Source: an uncultured Comamonadaceae bacterium (lineage in GTDB: Bacteria > Pseudomonadota > Gammaproteobacteria > Burkholderiales > Burkholderiaceae_C). Taken from it: DNA of 19,757 nt. The notes beneath the pieces were generated by a model. It saw only the letters and a program-made list of their open reading frames with translations, ran no database searches and had not been told where the DNA came from. The stretch is taken from assembly GCA_937868695.1 (NCBI GenBank), contig CALMMY010000464.1:1-19757 (forward strand), written 5' to 3'. Every line of letters begins with the position of its first letter. Within the stretch, counting starts at the first letter, position 1. Shown piece by piece: positions 1 to 7,734 of the stretch. The position numbers were made by a program, and so were the translations under genes.

Positions 1-79
1 CAAACAGGTCGAACATGGAACGTGCCGCCAGCTCCAGAATGCTCTGGGCATCGGTCGGCAGGGGGTGGGTAGTGGGCAT
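1..79 (-). CDS. Hypothetical protein, 5-prime end only (N-terminus MPTTHPLPTDAQSILELAARSMFDLF...). It runs off the window edge and I cannot assign a family.
   Basis: ATG at 79-77 (plus-strand cat at 77-79) lies one nucleotide downstream of the HAD hydrolase stop (TAA at 83-81; TAAcATG). The open frame continues to position 1. Too short to classify. Confidence 0.3.
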   Translation of the reverse strand, partial: MPTTHPLPTDAQSILELAARSMFDLF

Positions 80-80
80 G

Positions 81-692
81 TTAAAAGTGTGCCAACGCCG
101 CACGCACCTGCTGCGCAGACTCGAAGCGGATGCCCTGCCAGCCGTGAGGGCGGGCTGCGTCGATGTTGTGCTGCACATCGTCGATGAACACAGTGGGTAC
201 GCCAGCGGTGGCGAACTGGCGCACGGCGGTCTCGAAAATGTCGGCGTTGGGTTTGATCTGACCGACCCGCGCCGAAAAAATGCCGTCCACAAACCAGTCA
301 AAAAAGTGGTGACTGCGCTCCAGCTCATCGGCATAGCCTGCGGGCATGTTGGAGAGGTAGTAGATCTGGTGCCCCTGCCCTCGCAGCTCGTCCATCAGGG
401 CCACGGTGCCTGCATCGGGCACCAGGTGGGGCGGAATGGCCTCAATCACCGTGCGCACCTCGTCGGGGCTCAAGCCAGTGCGGGTCGCAATGCGGTGGGC
501 CAGGGCTTCGGGCTCGATGCCGCCCTGGTCGAACAACGCCCAGTCACTGGTCGGGTGAAAGCCCTGGAAGATGGCGGCCGCACAGTCGCGTGCGCTGGCT
601 TCGTCCACGGCACGGTGGGGCAGCACCTGCTGGAGCAGCACCAGGGGCTTCCAGTTGAAAACCACACCACCAAAATCAAACACAAATTTCAT
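81..692 (-). CDS. HAD-superfamily (haloacid dehalogenase-like, subfamily IA-type) hydrolase, 203 aa.
   Basis: It is the C-terminal part of the 81..1349 minus ORF. The N-terminus MKFVFDFGGVVFNW matches HAD motif I, and a downstream ...VFIDDVQHNIDAA... matches the motif-IV region. ATG at 692 is preceded by AAGGA. Stop TAA at 83-81. The 5-prime 657 nt of the ORF-track frame are Arg/Gly/His-rich antisense of soxB and cross a terminator, so I excluded them. Confidence 0.75.
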   Translation of the reverse strand: MKFVFDFGGVVFNWKPLVLLQQVLPHRAVDEASARDCAAAIFQGFHPTSDWALFDQGGIEPEALAHRIATRTGLSPDEVRTVIEAIPPHLVPDAGTVALMDELRGQGHQIYYLSNMPAGYADELERSHHFFDWFVDGIFSARVGQIKPNADIFETAVRQFATAGVPTVFIDDVQHNIDAARPHGWQGIRFESAQQVRAALAHF

Positions 693-776
693 CGGCCATT
701 CCTTTTGAAGCACGGGGCTGTACGCGAATGACTGGCAATGTACCGGGTTCGGGATGGTTCGCCTTGCACTGCACAA

Positions 777-805
777 ACAGAAAAAGCGCCAGAGGCGCTT
801 TTTCC
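777..805. terminator. Bidirectional rho-independent terminator: A-tract, GCGCC-aga-GGCGC hairpin, T-tract. It lies between the soxB stop and the HAD gene start.
   Basis: Seen as aaaaaGCGCCagaGGCGCttttt at 781-803. It starts 22 nt downstream of the soxB stop on the minus strand. A/T runs on both sides make it symmetric. Confidence 0.55.
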
Positions 806-826
806 TTGTCAGAAGCAGGCAAACAA

Positions 827-2551
827 TCAGAGCGCGATGCCTGGGTTGCCTTCCATGCCCACCAGCTTGGGGGTGTTGATTTTGCGGGGGCTGATGGTTT
901 TGTGGTTTTTGAAATAAGCCTCCATCACGTCCCAGATTGGCTCGCCCTTGGCCCCTTCGGCCACGGGTGCCCAGCCGGCCACCTTGTAGGTTTTGCTGGC
1001 TTCCACGGGTTTGCCGTTCAGCATCATGTTGTTGATGCGCTTGCCCGCTGCGGCCTTGGGGTCGCAGGTGTAGGCCATGCCGCCCACGCGCACCATGTCG
1101 CCGCCCTGCTGATAGTAGGGATCGGGATTGAAAAGGTTGTCGCACACATCTTCCATGATGGTTTTGATGGTGTCGCCGGTCATCTCGGTCAGCGTGCTGG
1201 TGGGGTAGGTGATGGCCACCTGATCCATCATCAGTTCGCGGGTGATGGCCTGGCCGGGCAGGATGGTGGTGCCCCAGCGGAAGCCGGGCGAGAAGGCCAT
1301 GTCGGCACCCTTCACTTCCATCAGCGCATCGACGATGAGCTGGTCCCACGATCCGTTGAAGTTGCCACGGCGGTACAGCAGGCCTTCCGACACGGCCAGC
1401 TTTTCGTCCAACTTGGCCTTGTAGGGCGCGCGCATCTTGTCGATGTAGGCTTGCATTTCCGCATCAGCGGGCAACAGGTTGGCAAACACAGGCAGCAGCT
1501 TGTAGCGGAAGTCTTGCACCTTGCCGCCGCGCACGTCGAAGTCGAGCACGCCCAGAAACTTGCTGTTGGAGCCTGCGTTGGTCACCAGCGTCTGGCCTTT
1601 GGCGTTTTTGACCACCAGCGGCGCGGGCATGCCGTCGTGGGTGTGGCCACCCAGAATCGCGTCGATGCCGGTCACGCGCGAGGCCATCTTGATGTCCACG
1701 TCCATGCCGTTGTGGCTGATGACCACCACGGCCTGTGCGCCCTTGGCCCGGACTTCGTCCACCATCTTCTGCATGTTGTCGTCCTGGATACCGAAGGTCC
1801 AGTTGGGCACCATGTAGCTGGGGTTGGCAATGGGGGTGTAGGGAAAGGCCTGACCGATGACGGCCACGGGCACGCCGTTCATCTCTTTGATGACATAGGG
1901 CTTGAAGACCTGGTCGCCGAAGTCGTTGGTCTTGACGTTCTGGGCCAGGAAGTCGAGCTTGCCGCCGAAGTCTTTTTCAACAATCTCCTGCACCCGCTTT
2001 TCACCCAGAGTGAATTCCCAGTGCGGGCACATGGCGTTGACACCCAGCAGTTTGCAGGCATCGACCATGTCCTGGCCGTTGGTCCACAGCGCCGTGGCGC
2101 TGCCCTGCCAGGTGTCGCCACCGTCAAGCAGCATGGCGTGCGGGCGGCTGGCCTTGAGCATTTTGACCAGCGTGGCCAGATGGGCGAACCCACCCACCTT
2201 GCCGTAGGTTTTGCTGGCCTTCTCGAAGTTGAGGTAGGTGAAGGCGTGGGCTTCGGGCGTGCCGGGGCGGATGTTGAAGTGCTTGAGCAGCCCTTCGCCC
2301 ACGATGTGGGGTGGGCGGCCATAGGCTTCGGACACGCCCAGGTTGACGTTGGGCTCACGGAAGTAGATGGGCATCAACTGCGCATGGCAGTCGGTGAAGT
2401 GCAGAAAGCTGACGTTGCCGAACTTGGGCAGGTCGTACAACCGATTGCCCGCACCGGGCTTGGCAGCCAGCACGTCTTTGTGGTCCAGGGCCATGCCACC
2501 GGCGCTGGCCACGGCCAGCACCTGCATGAATTCGCGGCGTGAGAAGCTCAT
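827..2551 (-). CDS. soxB: SoxB, thiosulfohydrolase (dimanganese 5-prime-nucleotidase/metallophosphoesterase family), 574 aa.
   Basis: True start is MSFSRREFMQVLAVASAGG (Tat motif SRREFM) at ATG 2551, found inside the longer ORF-track frame. Metallophosphoesterase motifs are present (LHFTDCHAQL, LLDGGDTWQGS, GHTHDG) plus a C-terminal 5-prime-nucleotidase-like domain. Stop TGA at 829-827. The start is 2 nt after the soxX stop. Confidence 0.93.
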   Translation of the reverse strand: MSFSRREFMQVLAVASAGGMALDHKDVLAAKPGAGNRLYDLPKFGNVSFLHFTDCHAQLMPIYFREPNVNLGVSEAYGRPPHIVGEGLLKHFNIRPGTPEAHAFTYLNFEKASKTYGKVGGFAHLATLVKMLKASRPHAMLLDGGDTWQGSATALWTNGQDMVDACKLLGVNAMCPHWEFTLGEKRVQEIVEKDFGGKLDFLAQNVKTNDFGDQVFKPYVIKEMNGVPVAVIGQAFPYTPIANPSYMVPNWTFGIQDDNMQKMVDEVRAKGAQAVVVISHNGMDVDIKMASRVTGIDAILGGHTHDGMPAPLVVKNAKGQTLVTNAGSNSKFLGVLDFDVRGGKVQDFRYKLLPVFANLLPADAEMQAYIDKMRAPYKAKLDEKLAVSEGLLYRRGNFNGSWDQLIVDALMEVKGADMAFSPGFRWGTTILPGQAITRELMMDQVAITYPTSTLTEMTGDTIKTIMEDVCDNLFNPDPYYQQGGDMVRVGGMAYTCDPKAAAGKRINNMMLNGKPVEASKTYKVAGWAPVAEGAKGEPIWDVMEAYFKNHKTISPRKINTPKLVGMEGNPGIAL

Positions 2552-2553
2552 GA

Positions 2554-3204
2554 TTACTCGTTCACAGGTGATTTGGGGTCGAGCAGCAAGGCCATGATGT
2601 CCTTGAGCTGTGCTTCGCTCAGAATGCCTTTGTGGCCGGCGCGTGGCATGTGCGAGCAGGCGTTGTAGGCCTGCGAGTTCCACAGCTTGCCCCAGGTGTA
2701 TTCCACAATGGCCTTGGAAGCTTCAGCAGTGGGGTCGCTCACACCGCGCAGCTTGCCGTAGTTGTAGAGGCTGGGGCCGATGGTGCCGTAAGAGATTTCT
2801 TTTTTGTCAATCTGGTGGCAGTTGTAGCAGTTGCCGCCGTTGACCACCTTGGCATCGTCGCTCCAGGTGGAACCACGGCCACTCTGGGCCACGGCTTCGC
2901 CTTTTTTCCAGTCACCCAGGAACTTGCCATCGGCAGGCCACTTGATGGTTTTCATGGCGGCATCTTCGATGGCCTTGGTGGTTTTTTCGTCCAGCGGCTT
3001 GCCAGCCACTTCGGCGGCGCTGCACAGGGCCATGTTCTCGTCCTGGATCAGGCGATCGACCTTGACCAGGTTTTTGTCCTGGAACGAGGCTTTGGTCACT
3101 TCGGCAGCCAGCTTGTCGTAATCGGCGCTGCTCATGCCTGTGGAACACCCGGCCAGCACAATGGCAGCGGCAATGGGGGCAGCCAGCATCAATGGTTTGA
3201 TCAT
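2554..3204 (-). CDS. soxX: SoxX, monoheme c-type cytochrome subunit of SoxAX; the N-terminus looks like a lipoprotein signal.
   Basis: Single heme motif CYNCH. Its position between soxA and soxB is the canonical order. N-terminus MIKPLMLAAPIAAAIVLAGCSTG contains lipobox LAGC. GGAG RBS before ATG 3204. Stop TAA at 2556-2554. Confidence 0.85.
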   Translation of the reverse strand: MIKPLMLAAPIAAAIVLAGCSTGMSSADYDKLAAEVTKASFQDKNLVKVDRLIQDENMALCSAAEVAGKPLDEKTTKAIEDAAMKTIKWPADGKFLGDWKKGEAVAQSGRGSTWSDDAKVVNGGNCYNCHQIDKKEISYGTIGPSLYNYGKLRGVSDPTAEASKAIVEYTWGKLWNSQAYNACSHMPRAGHKGILSEAQLKDIMALLLDPKSPVNE

Positions 3205-3216
3205 GTGGAGGTCTCC

Positions 3217-4017
3217 TCAGCGCTTGAGAGCGGGAACAATGGACTCGGAACCGTTGCCATTCACACCCATGTAGACGCTGAGTGCAATGGTGGCATCGCT
3301 GCCGAATTTGGGCTCGGGGAAACGCTGCTGGCGGTAGCAGTCGTTCAGGCGCAGTTGCATGCTCCACATCTGACCGTTGGAAATGCGGTAGGCGGGCCAG
3401 GCGGCAAAGCCCACGCCGTCACCCGGATTTTTCGTCAGGTTGGGCAGGTCTTGCAGACGGATGCGCTTGCCATCCTGGCCGTGGCAGGTGGCGCAGGAAA
3501 AGTCGTGCGAGCTGCCACGCGCAAAGAACAGGCGCTTGCCCACTTCGTACATGGTGCGCTCTGACTCGTGGGCCTGGGAGATGTTGAAGCGCATGCCCTT
3601 GGACTCGGCACCGATCCAGGTGGCCAGGGCCGTGAGGTTGGCCATTTCGCCCTTGCCCCACGGGGTTTTCATGATTTCGGCGGCGTTGAATCCCTGCAAG
3701 GTTTCCATGCAGGTGATCAGACGCATTTCAAGATCCTGCACACGTTTGGTGTCGGCAAAATACTTGGGCAACTGGACGAATGCCCCCTTGACCACACCTG
3801 GCCCCAAGCCGAGATCGCATTGCTCCAGCGATGCTTTCTTGGGCCCGCGTTTTTCGGTCCAAAGTGCTTCGCCTTTTGCTTCATACAGTTCGGCCGGATT
3901 GCCGTCGGCCAGCATTTCGCGAAATTTTGCAATGCCGGCGGCGGCATCGTCCTGGGCATGTACACCAGAGCCTGCTGCAGCCAACAGCATGGCACTCATC
4001 ACCAAACGTGCTTTCAT
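3217..4017 (-). CDS. soxA: SoxA, monoheme type (one CxxCH), 266 aa.
   Basis: Sec signal MKARLVMSAMLLAAAGSGVHA. Single heme motif CATCH. No second CxxCH is present. A conserved C-terminal Cys lies in NDCYRQQRFPEPKFG and is the likely active-site persulfide/heme-ligand Cys. AGGAGA RBS sits 7 nt before ATG 4017. Stop TGA at 3219-3217. Confidence 0.88.
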   Translation of the reverse strand: MKARLVMSAMLLAAAGSGVHAQDDAAAGIAKFREMLADGNPAELYEAKGEALWTEKRGPKKASLEQCDLGLGPGVVKGAFVQLPKYFADTKRVQDLEMRLITCMETLQGFNAAEIMKTPWGKGEMANLTALATWIGAESKGMRFNISQAHESERTMYEVGKRLFFARGSSHDFSCATCHGQDGKRIRLQDLPNLTKNPGDGVGFAAWPAYRISNGQMWSMQLRLNDCYRQQRFPEPKFGSDATIALSVYMGVNGNGSESIVPALKR

Positions 4018-4040
4018 CAGGAAATCTCCTTGTCGTTATC

Positions 4041-4079
4041 AAAAACAAAGGCGGCTCACTGACAACGCAGTGATCCGCC
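4041..4079 (-). terminator. Intra-operon terminator/attenuator-like hairpin between soxZ and soxA. The stem is GGCGGaTCACTG, the loop is cgttgt, the closing arm is CAGTGAgCCGCC, and it is followed by TTTGTTTTT (read on the minus strand).
   Basis: Plus-strand 4050-4079 is ggcggctcactgacaacgcagtgatccgcc, an inverted repeat of about 12 bp with a 6-nt loop. Plus 4041-4049 is aaaaacaaa, which is the U-tract on the transcribed strand. It sits 15 nt after the soxZ stop and just before the soxA RBS. Confidence 0.45.
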
Positions 4080-4094
4080 TCCGGGGGTCAGGCA

Positions 4095-4406
4095 TCAGGC
4101 GATGGTGGCTTTGTCGGTGCGGGTATCACCCTTGCTGTCCACCCATTTCACGGTGACTTCTTCACCCTTGGCTCCGCCCTTGAACTTGAAGGACAGGAAA
4201 GGGTTTTGCGACACGGCACCGCTGAACATGGCCTGCAACACCACTTTGCCGTTGTGGGTGGCTTCCAGGTCTTTGATGTAGTGGGCGGGGATGGTGGCAC
4301 CGGCGGCATCTTTGCGGGCACCGGATTCCATCACATGGGACATGAGGACGCGAACTTCGGTCACGCCGTCTTTGTTGTTTGCACGAATGCGCATTGGATC
4401 TGCCAT
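4095..4406 (-). CDS. soxZ: SoxZ, sulfur-compound chelating subunit of SoxYZ, 103 aa.
   Basis: Small cytoplasmic-type protein with no signal peptide, as expected for SoxZ. Immediately downstream of soxY. AGGAG RBS before ATG 4406. Stop TGA at 4097-4095. Confidence 0.9.
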   Translation of the reverse strand: MADPMRIRANNKDGVTEVRVLMSHVMESGARKDAAGATIPAHYIKDLEATHNGKVVLQAMFSGAVSQNPFLSFKFKGGAKGEEVTVKWVDSKGDTRTDKATIA

Positions 4407-4470
4407 GACTGGACTCCTGAATCAATGAATATGGAATGAGAATGAAAGCGATCAGCGTGGTGCCTGGCGC

Positions 4471-4926
4471 TCAGCCGCCGCAGCCACCCAGGGTCACTTT
4501 GGTTTCTTTGGTGGCAGAAAACAGCTTGCCATCGGCCTTGACCACGGCCACCACGTTGGTGGACTGGCCCATCTTCAGGCGGGTCTGCACCGAGGCTTCG
4601 GTACCGGCGGGAACGATGAAACCGGCGGCCAGGGGCGTGGGGTTTTTCTCGACCAGCAGGTAGATTTCGGTGGTATTGGGCAGGTTGCTGGTGGCACCGA
4701 CGGGCACCACAGCGCCGTTTTCGGCGATGTCGGGCGACACCACGGAAACCTGGTCGCTGGTGGCGACGGTGCCACCGATGGCCTTGATGGCATCGGCCAG
4801 GCTCTTGACTTCAAAAGCGGCACGATCCACAGCGGCATGGGCCTGCTGGGTGGTGATCAGGCCCAGGGCCACGAGTGTGCCGAGTGCGCTGGTCGTCTTG
4901 ATGACGGTACGGCGGGTGTTGTTCAT
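4471..4926 (-). CDS. soxY: SoxY, sulfur carrier protein, 151 aa, with C-terminal GGCGG swinging-arm motif.
   Basis: True start MNNTRRTVIKTTSALGTLVALG (Tat motif TRRTVIK) at ATG 4926 with AAGGAG RBS. C-terminus ...KVTLGGCGG. The ORF-track frame 4471..5160 extends upstream into antisense of soxD and I trimmed it. Stop TGA at 4473-4471. Confidence 0.9.
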   Translation of the reverse strand: MNNTRRTVIKTTSALGTLVALGLITTQQAHAAVDRAAFEVKSLADAIKAIGGTVATSDQVSVVSPDIAENGAVVPVGATSNLPNTTEIYLLVEKNPTPLAAGFIVPAGTEASVQTRLKMGQSTNVVAVVKADGKLFSATKETKVTLGGCGG

Positions 4927-4973
4927 GCTGACTCCTTGGTGAATGTAGGAAATGGGACGGGTGGGGTGGGTGA

Positions 4974-5750
4974 TCACTTGGCAGCTGCGGGCTTGCTGGT
5001 ATCCAGGCCGCGCACAGGACCGATGGTGCGGTTCTGTTCGGCCGTGTTGCCCTGGGCATTCTTGGCGTAATCGGGCAAGCTGGAAGCGATCTTCACTTCG
5101 GTTTCGCAGTTCTTCATGCAGGCCACGTTCTTGACATCGCCCTTGCCGCTGGCTTTCCACATGGGTTCGTAGAACACCATGCCGTTGCGGTTGGGCATGC
5201 GGGCCTGGGCCTGGGCAATGTTGCGGTCAGACAGCTCATGGTCAGGCGGCACCACATCAGCCAAGCTGAGCAGGTAGGCCACCACGCTGTACACCTCGTC
5301 GGTGCTCAGCGATTTGGGGGCTGTCCAGGGCATGGCGCGGTTGATGTAGTCCCACAGGGTGGAAACCGTGGCCACCTTCATCATGGTGGTTTTCTGTGGT
5401 GCCGTTGATTTGGCACCCTCGACCAGACCCGCCACGCGGCCATTTTTGATGTCTTCCTTGGTGGTGCCACCAATGATGGGGGTGAACACCTCATTGGACT
5501 CGCCAAAACCACCGTGGCAGGAAGCGCACTTCTCTTCCCAAACGGCTTCGCCCTTGGCGACAGTGCCCGCACCTTTGGGCAAACCCTTGAAGTCGGGACG
5601 CACGTCGATGTCCCAGGCCTTCACTTCAGCGGGGGTGGCATCGCGGCCCACGGCCATCAGAGCGGCCTTGGTATCGGCCACGGCATTGCCTGCAAAGGCC
5701 GCACCCAGCACCAGGGTGGCCACAGAAAGTTTGAATGTCAGTTTCATCAT
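4974..5750 (-). CDS. soxD: SoxD-like monoheme cytochrome c, partner of SoxC, 258 aa.
   Basis: Sec signal MMKLTFKLSVATLVLGAAFAGNAVA. Single CASCH heme motif. The start overlaps the soxC stop (TGATG), which suggests translational coupling. The short one-heme form is typical of betaproteobacterial SoxD; that is established knowledge. Confidence 0.75.
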   Translation of the reverse strand: MMKLTFKLSVATLVLGAAFAGNAVADTKAALMAVGRDATPAEVKAWDIDVRPDFKGLPKGAGTVAKGEAVWEEKCASCHGGFGESNEVFTPIIGGTTKEDIKNGRVAGLVEGAKSTAPQKTTMMKVATVSTLWDYINRAMPWTAPKSLSTDEVYSVVAYLLSLADVVPPDHELSDRNIAQAQARMPNRNGMVFYEPMWKASGKGDVKNVACMKNCETEVKIASSLPDYAKNAQGNTAEQNRTIGPVRGLDTSKPAAAK

Positions 5751-7090
5751 CAGAACACCTGCACGTTGGAGACTTCACCGTTTTCAGCCACTTTCCAGGA
5801 ATGGATGGCATTCTGGTGATAGACGGACTTGGTGCCGCGCACAGCACGCAGCTGGTTCATCTTGGGCTGCACATAGCCGGTGCTGTCGATGGCACGGCTT
5901 TGCAGGATGGCGGGCTTGCCGTCCCACACCCAGTCGATGTTGAAGCGGGTCAGTGCCTTGGGCAGCACGGGGCCTTCCAGGCGGGCGGTGCGCCAGTTGC
6001 GGCCACCGTCCACGCTCACGTCCACGCGCTTGATGGTGCCGCGCCCTGACCAGGCCAGGCCGCTGATGTTGTAGAAGCCTTTGTCCAGCAAAGTCTGGCT
6101 GCCAGAAGGCGTGGTGATCACGCTCTTGCATTCCTGGATGCCGGTGTACTGGCGGTGCGTGCCATCGGGCATGTGGTCGATGTAATGCACGGCTTCGTCT
6201 TTGGCAGCGTACTTCTGGTCACCCACTTCGATGCGGCGCAGGTACTTGACCCAGCTCACGCCCTGGATGCCTGGCACCACCAGGCGCAGCGGGTAGCCGT
6301 TTTCGGGGCGCAGCATCTCGCCGTTCATGGCCCAGGCCACGATCACGTCGTCCATTGCACGCTCGATGTCGATGGTGCGGGTCATGGACGATCCGTCGGC
6401 ACCCTCGGCCAGAACCACTTTGGCATTCTTTTTGTCGTAGCCGCACATTTCCAGCAGGGTAGACAGCAGCACGCCTGTGAACTCGGAGCAGCTCAGCATG
6501 CCGTGCGAGTACTGCACCGACGACACCGCCACGTTGCCCCACTCGGTGGCGGAATTGGCACCGCACTCGATGAAGTGGATGCGCGACACGCTCGGCAAAC
6601 GCATCAGGTCGTCCATGGTGAACACGCGCTGGCGCTTGACCATGCCGTTGATCATCAGGCGGTGCTTGGATGGGTCGATGTCCCACCAGCCCTGGTGGTG
6701 GCGCTCGAAGTGCAAGCCACTGGGTGTGATGATGCCGAACAGGCCTTGCAGTGGCGTGAAGCTGACCGATGCCTGGGGCACGCGGGTCAGGCCAGGGCTT
6801 TCGCGGCGCTGCAACGCGGCTTCCCACTTACTGGGCACGCCGTAGGGGTTCATGGCCACAGGCAGACCCAGACCACCCGTGTGCTCGGGCATTTTCAAAA
6901 TGACATCTTCGCCCTCTGCCGCCGCAGCCACACCGGCTTTGGCAGCTGCCGCCACACCCGCCCCCATCGCCAGGGCCTTGCCCATGAAACTGCGGCGCGC
7001 CTTGCGGGCCACTTCAAGCTTTTCAGGGCTCAGGTTGTTTTCAGGCGCGGGAAGAATGCGCCCGATGACTTCACTCAGGTCTTTAGACAC
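5750..7090 (-). CDS. soxC: SoxC, sulfane dehydrogenase molybdopterin subunit (sulfite-oxidase family).
   Basis: Tat signal ARRSFMGKALAMGAGVAAAA. Moco-binding sulfite-oxidase-fold motifs (HFIECGANS..., DVIVAWAMNGE..., YPLRLVVPG...). I chose the GTG start at 7090 (VSKDLSEV...) because it is preceded by a strong AGAAGGAAA RBS. The ORF-track ATG at 7138 has no SD and is the alternative. Stop TGA at 5752-5750. Confidence 0.88.
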   Translation of the reverse strand: MSKDLSEVIGRILPAPENNLSPEKLEVARKARRSFMGKALAMGAGVAAAAKAGVAAAAEGEDVILKMPEHTGGLGLPVAMNPYGVPSKWEAALQRRESPGLTRVPQASVSFTPLQGLFGIITPSGLHFERHHQGWWDIDPSKHRLMINGMVKRQRVFTMDDLMRLPSVSRIHFIECGANSATEWGNVAVSSVQYSHGMLSCSEFTGVLLSTLLEMCGYDKKNAKVVLAEGADGSSMTRTIDIERAMDDVIVAWAMNGEMLRPENGYPLRLVVPGIQGVSWVKYLRRIEVGDQKYAAKDEAVHYIDHMPDGTHRQYTGIQECKSVITTPSGSQTLLDKGFYNISGLAWSGRGTIKRVDVSVDGGRNWRTARLEGPVLPKALTRFNIDWVWDGKPAILQSRAIDSTGYVQPKMNQLRAVRGTKSVYHQNAIHSWKVAENGEVSNVQVF

Positions 7091-7505
7091 TTGTGGTTTC
7101 CTTCTCTCTGGAGGGGTTTGCAAATAAATCGGTGGCATTCAGCGCCACAGGTGGTGAGTCGGGCGTGCCAAAGTAATCGGCAGAGCCGGTGTCTTGTCCG
7201 AGTCGGCGGTCAATGTGCGTGGAAACGATCCGGCACAGATCAACAAACATCTGGTCGGCAACTTTGTAAAAAACCTGGTTGCCCTGCCTGCGGCGCGACA
7301 ACATGCCAACCTGGTACATCAAACCCAGGTGGCGCGACACATTTGCCTGCGCCAGTCCTGTGATGGCAATGATGCTGTTCACGCTGCGCTCTTCGCTGCA
7401 AATGGAGTGCAGGATCTTTAATCTTGCAGGCTCAGACAGAACGCTGAAGTAGCGTGCTGCGCCCTCAAAAACGTGCTGCATATTGGTTGAAGAGTCTGTA
7501 TTCAT
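7083..7505 (-). CDS. soxR: ArsR/SmtB-family winged-helix transcriptional regulator (SoxR-type), about 140 aa.
   Basis: HTH region ...LSEPARLKILHSICSEERSVNSIIAITGLAQANVSRHLGLMYQVGMLSRRRQGNQVFYKV... is characteristic of the ArsR family. It is first in the sox operon and overlaps the soxC start by 8 nt. I chose ATG 7505 (MNTDSSTNMQHV...); there is no clear SD, and Met at 7481 is an alternative. The upstream part of the ORF-track frame crosses the promoter region and I discarded it. Confidence 0.72.
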   Translation of the reverse strand: MNTDSSTNMQHVFEGAARYFSVLSEPARLKILHSICSEERSVNSIIAITGLAQANVSRHLGLMYQVGMLSRRRQGNQVFYKVADQMFVDLCRIVSTHIDRRLGQDTGSADYFGTPDSPPVALNATDLFANPSREKETTSV

Positions 7506-7518
7506 GGTGATAGGCTGT

Positions 7519-7560
7519 CTCAAACTATATGAGTGTTTGAGAATATAGTGATGAGTGTAA
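7519..7560. promoter_or_regulatory. Putative SoxR operator: overlapping inverted repeats CTCAAAC-N9-GTTTGAG and ACTATAT-N12-ATATAGT, plus a direct repeat ATGAGTGT spaced 22 bp apart.
   Basis: Seen directly at 7519-7541, 7524-7549, and at 7529-7536 and 7551-7558. This is the AT-richest stretch of the window. It lies 14 bp upstream of the soxR ATG, inside the soxR / cytochrome c divergent region. Confidence 0.4.
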
Positions 7561-7705
7561 ACCCTGAAAATCGCGACAAACTGACAGATTCGCCGTCGTT
7601 TGACCCGCTCAGCAAGGCATGCGTGAGCACGAGAATGCAGCACATCCATGAGATGAACATCAGGGTTAACACGACTTGTCCACCGATGTTGGATCGCTAA
7701 CATCC

Positions 7706-7734
7706 TTCACAATATCAGCATCCGCTTATATTTA
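7706..7734 (+). promoter_or_regulatory. Candidate sigma70-like promoter for the cytochrome c / fccB / c4 unit: TTCACA, 17-nt spacer, TATTTA.
   Basis: Hexamers at 7706-7711 and 7729-7734, about 40 nt upstream of ATG 7775. Pattern match only. Confidence 0.25.

Noticed and set aside
81-1349. The full 422-aa minus ORF given by the ORF track.
   Set aside because: Only the last 203 codons (from MKFVFDFGG at 692) form a HAD domain. The upstream part is antisense of soxB and reads through a terminator hairpin.
728-2542. 604-aa plus-strand ORF and other long ORFs antisense to real genes. Examples: 15..731 +, 2632..3564 +, 6155..7363 +, 7715..9055 -, 9569..10315 -, 10107..11504 +, 11618..12565 +, 12544..13245 -, 13558..14325 +, 15018..15929 -, 15652..16851 -, 17474..18394 +, 19049..19738 +.
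   Set aside because: Their products are Gly/His/Ala/Arg/Val-rich low-complexity proteins typical of shadow frames in high-GC DNA. Each lies exactly opposite a CDS with strong family motifs, and none has convincing RBS or start context.
3217-4017. A second heme site in SoxA (diheme type).
   Set aside because: Only one CxxCH (CATCH) exists in the 266-aa product. The N-terminal region where the diheme forms carry the first site reads LEQCDLGLG, which has no CxxCH.
4407-4470. AT-rich soxY-soxZ spacer with repeated AATGA/TCATT pentamers. Considered as a regulatory repeat.
   Set aside because: It is short, has no dyad symmetry, and contains the soxZ RBS. It is most simply a ribosome-loading region, and I found no support for a binding site.
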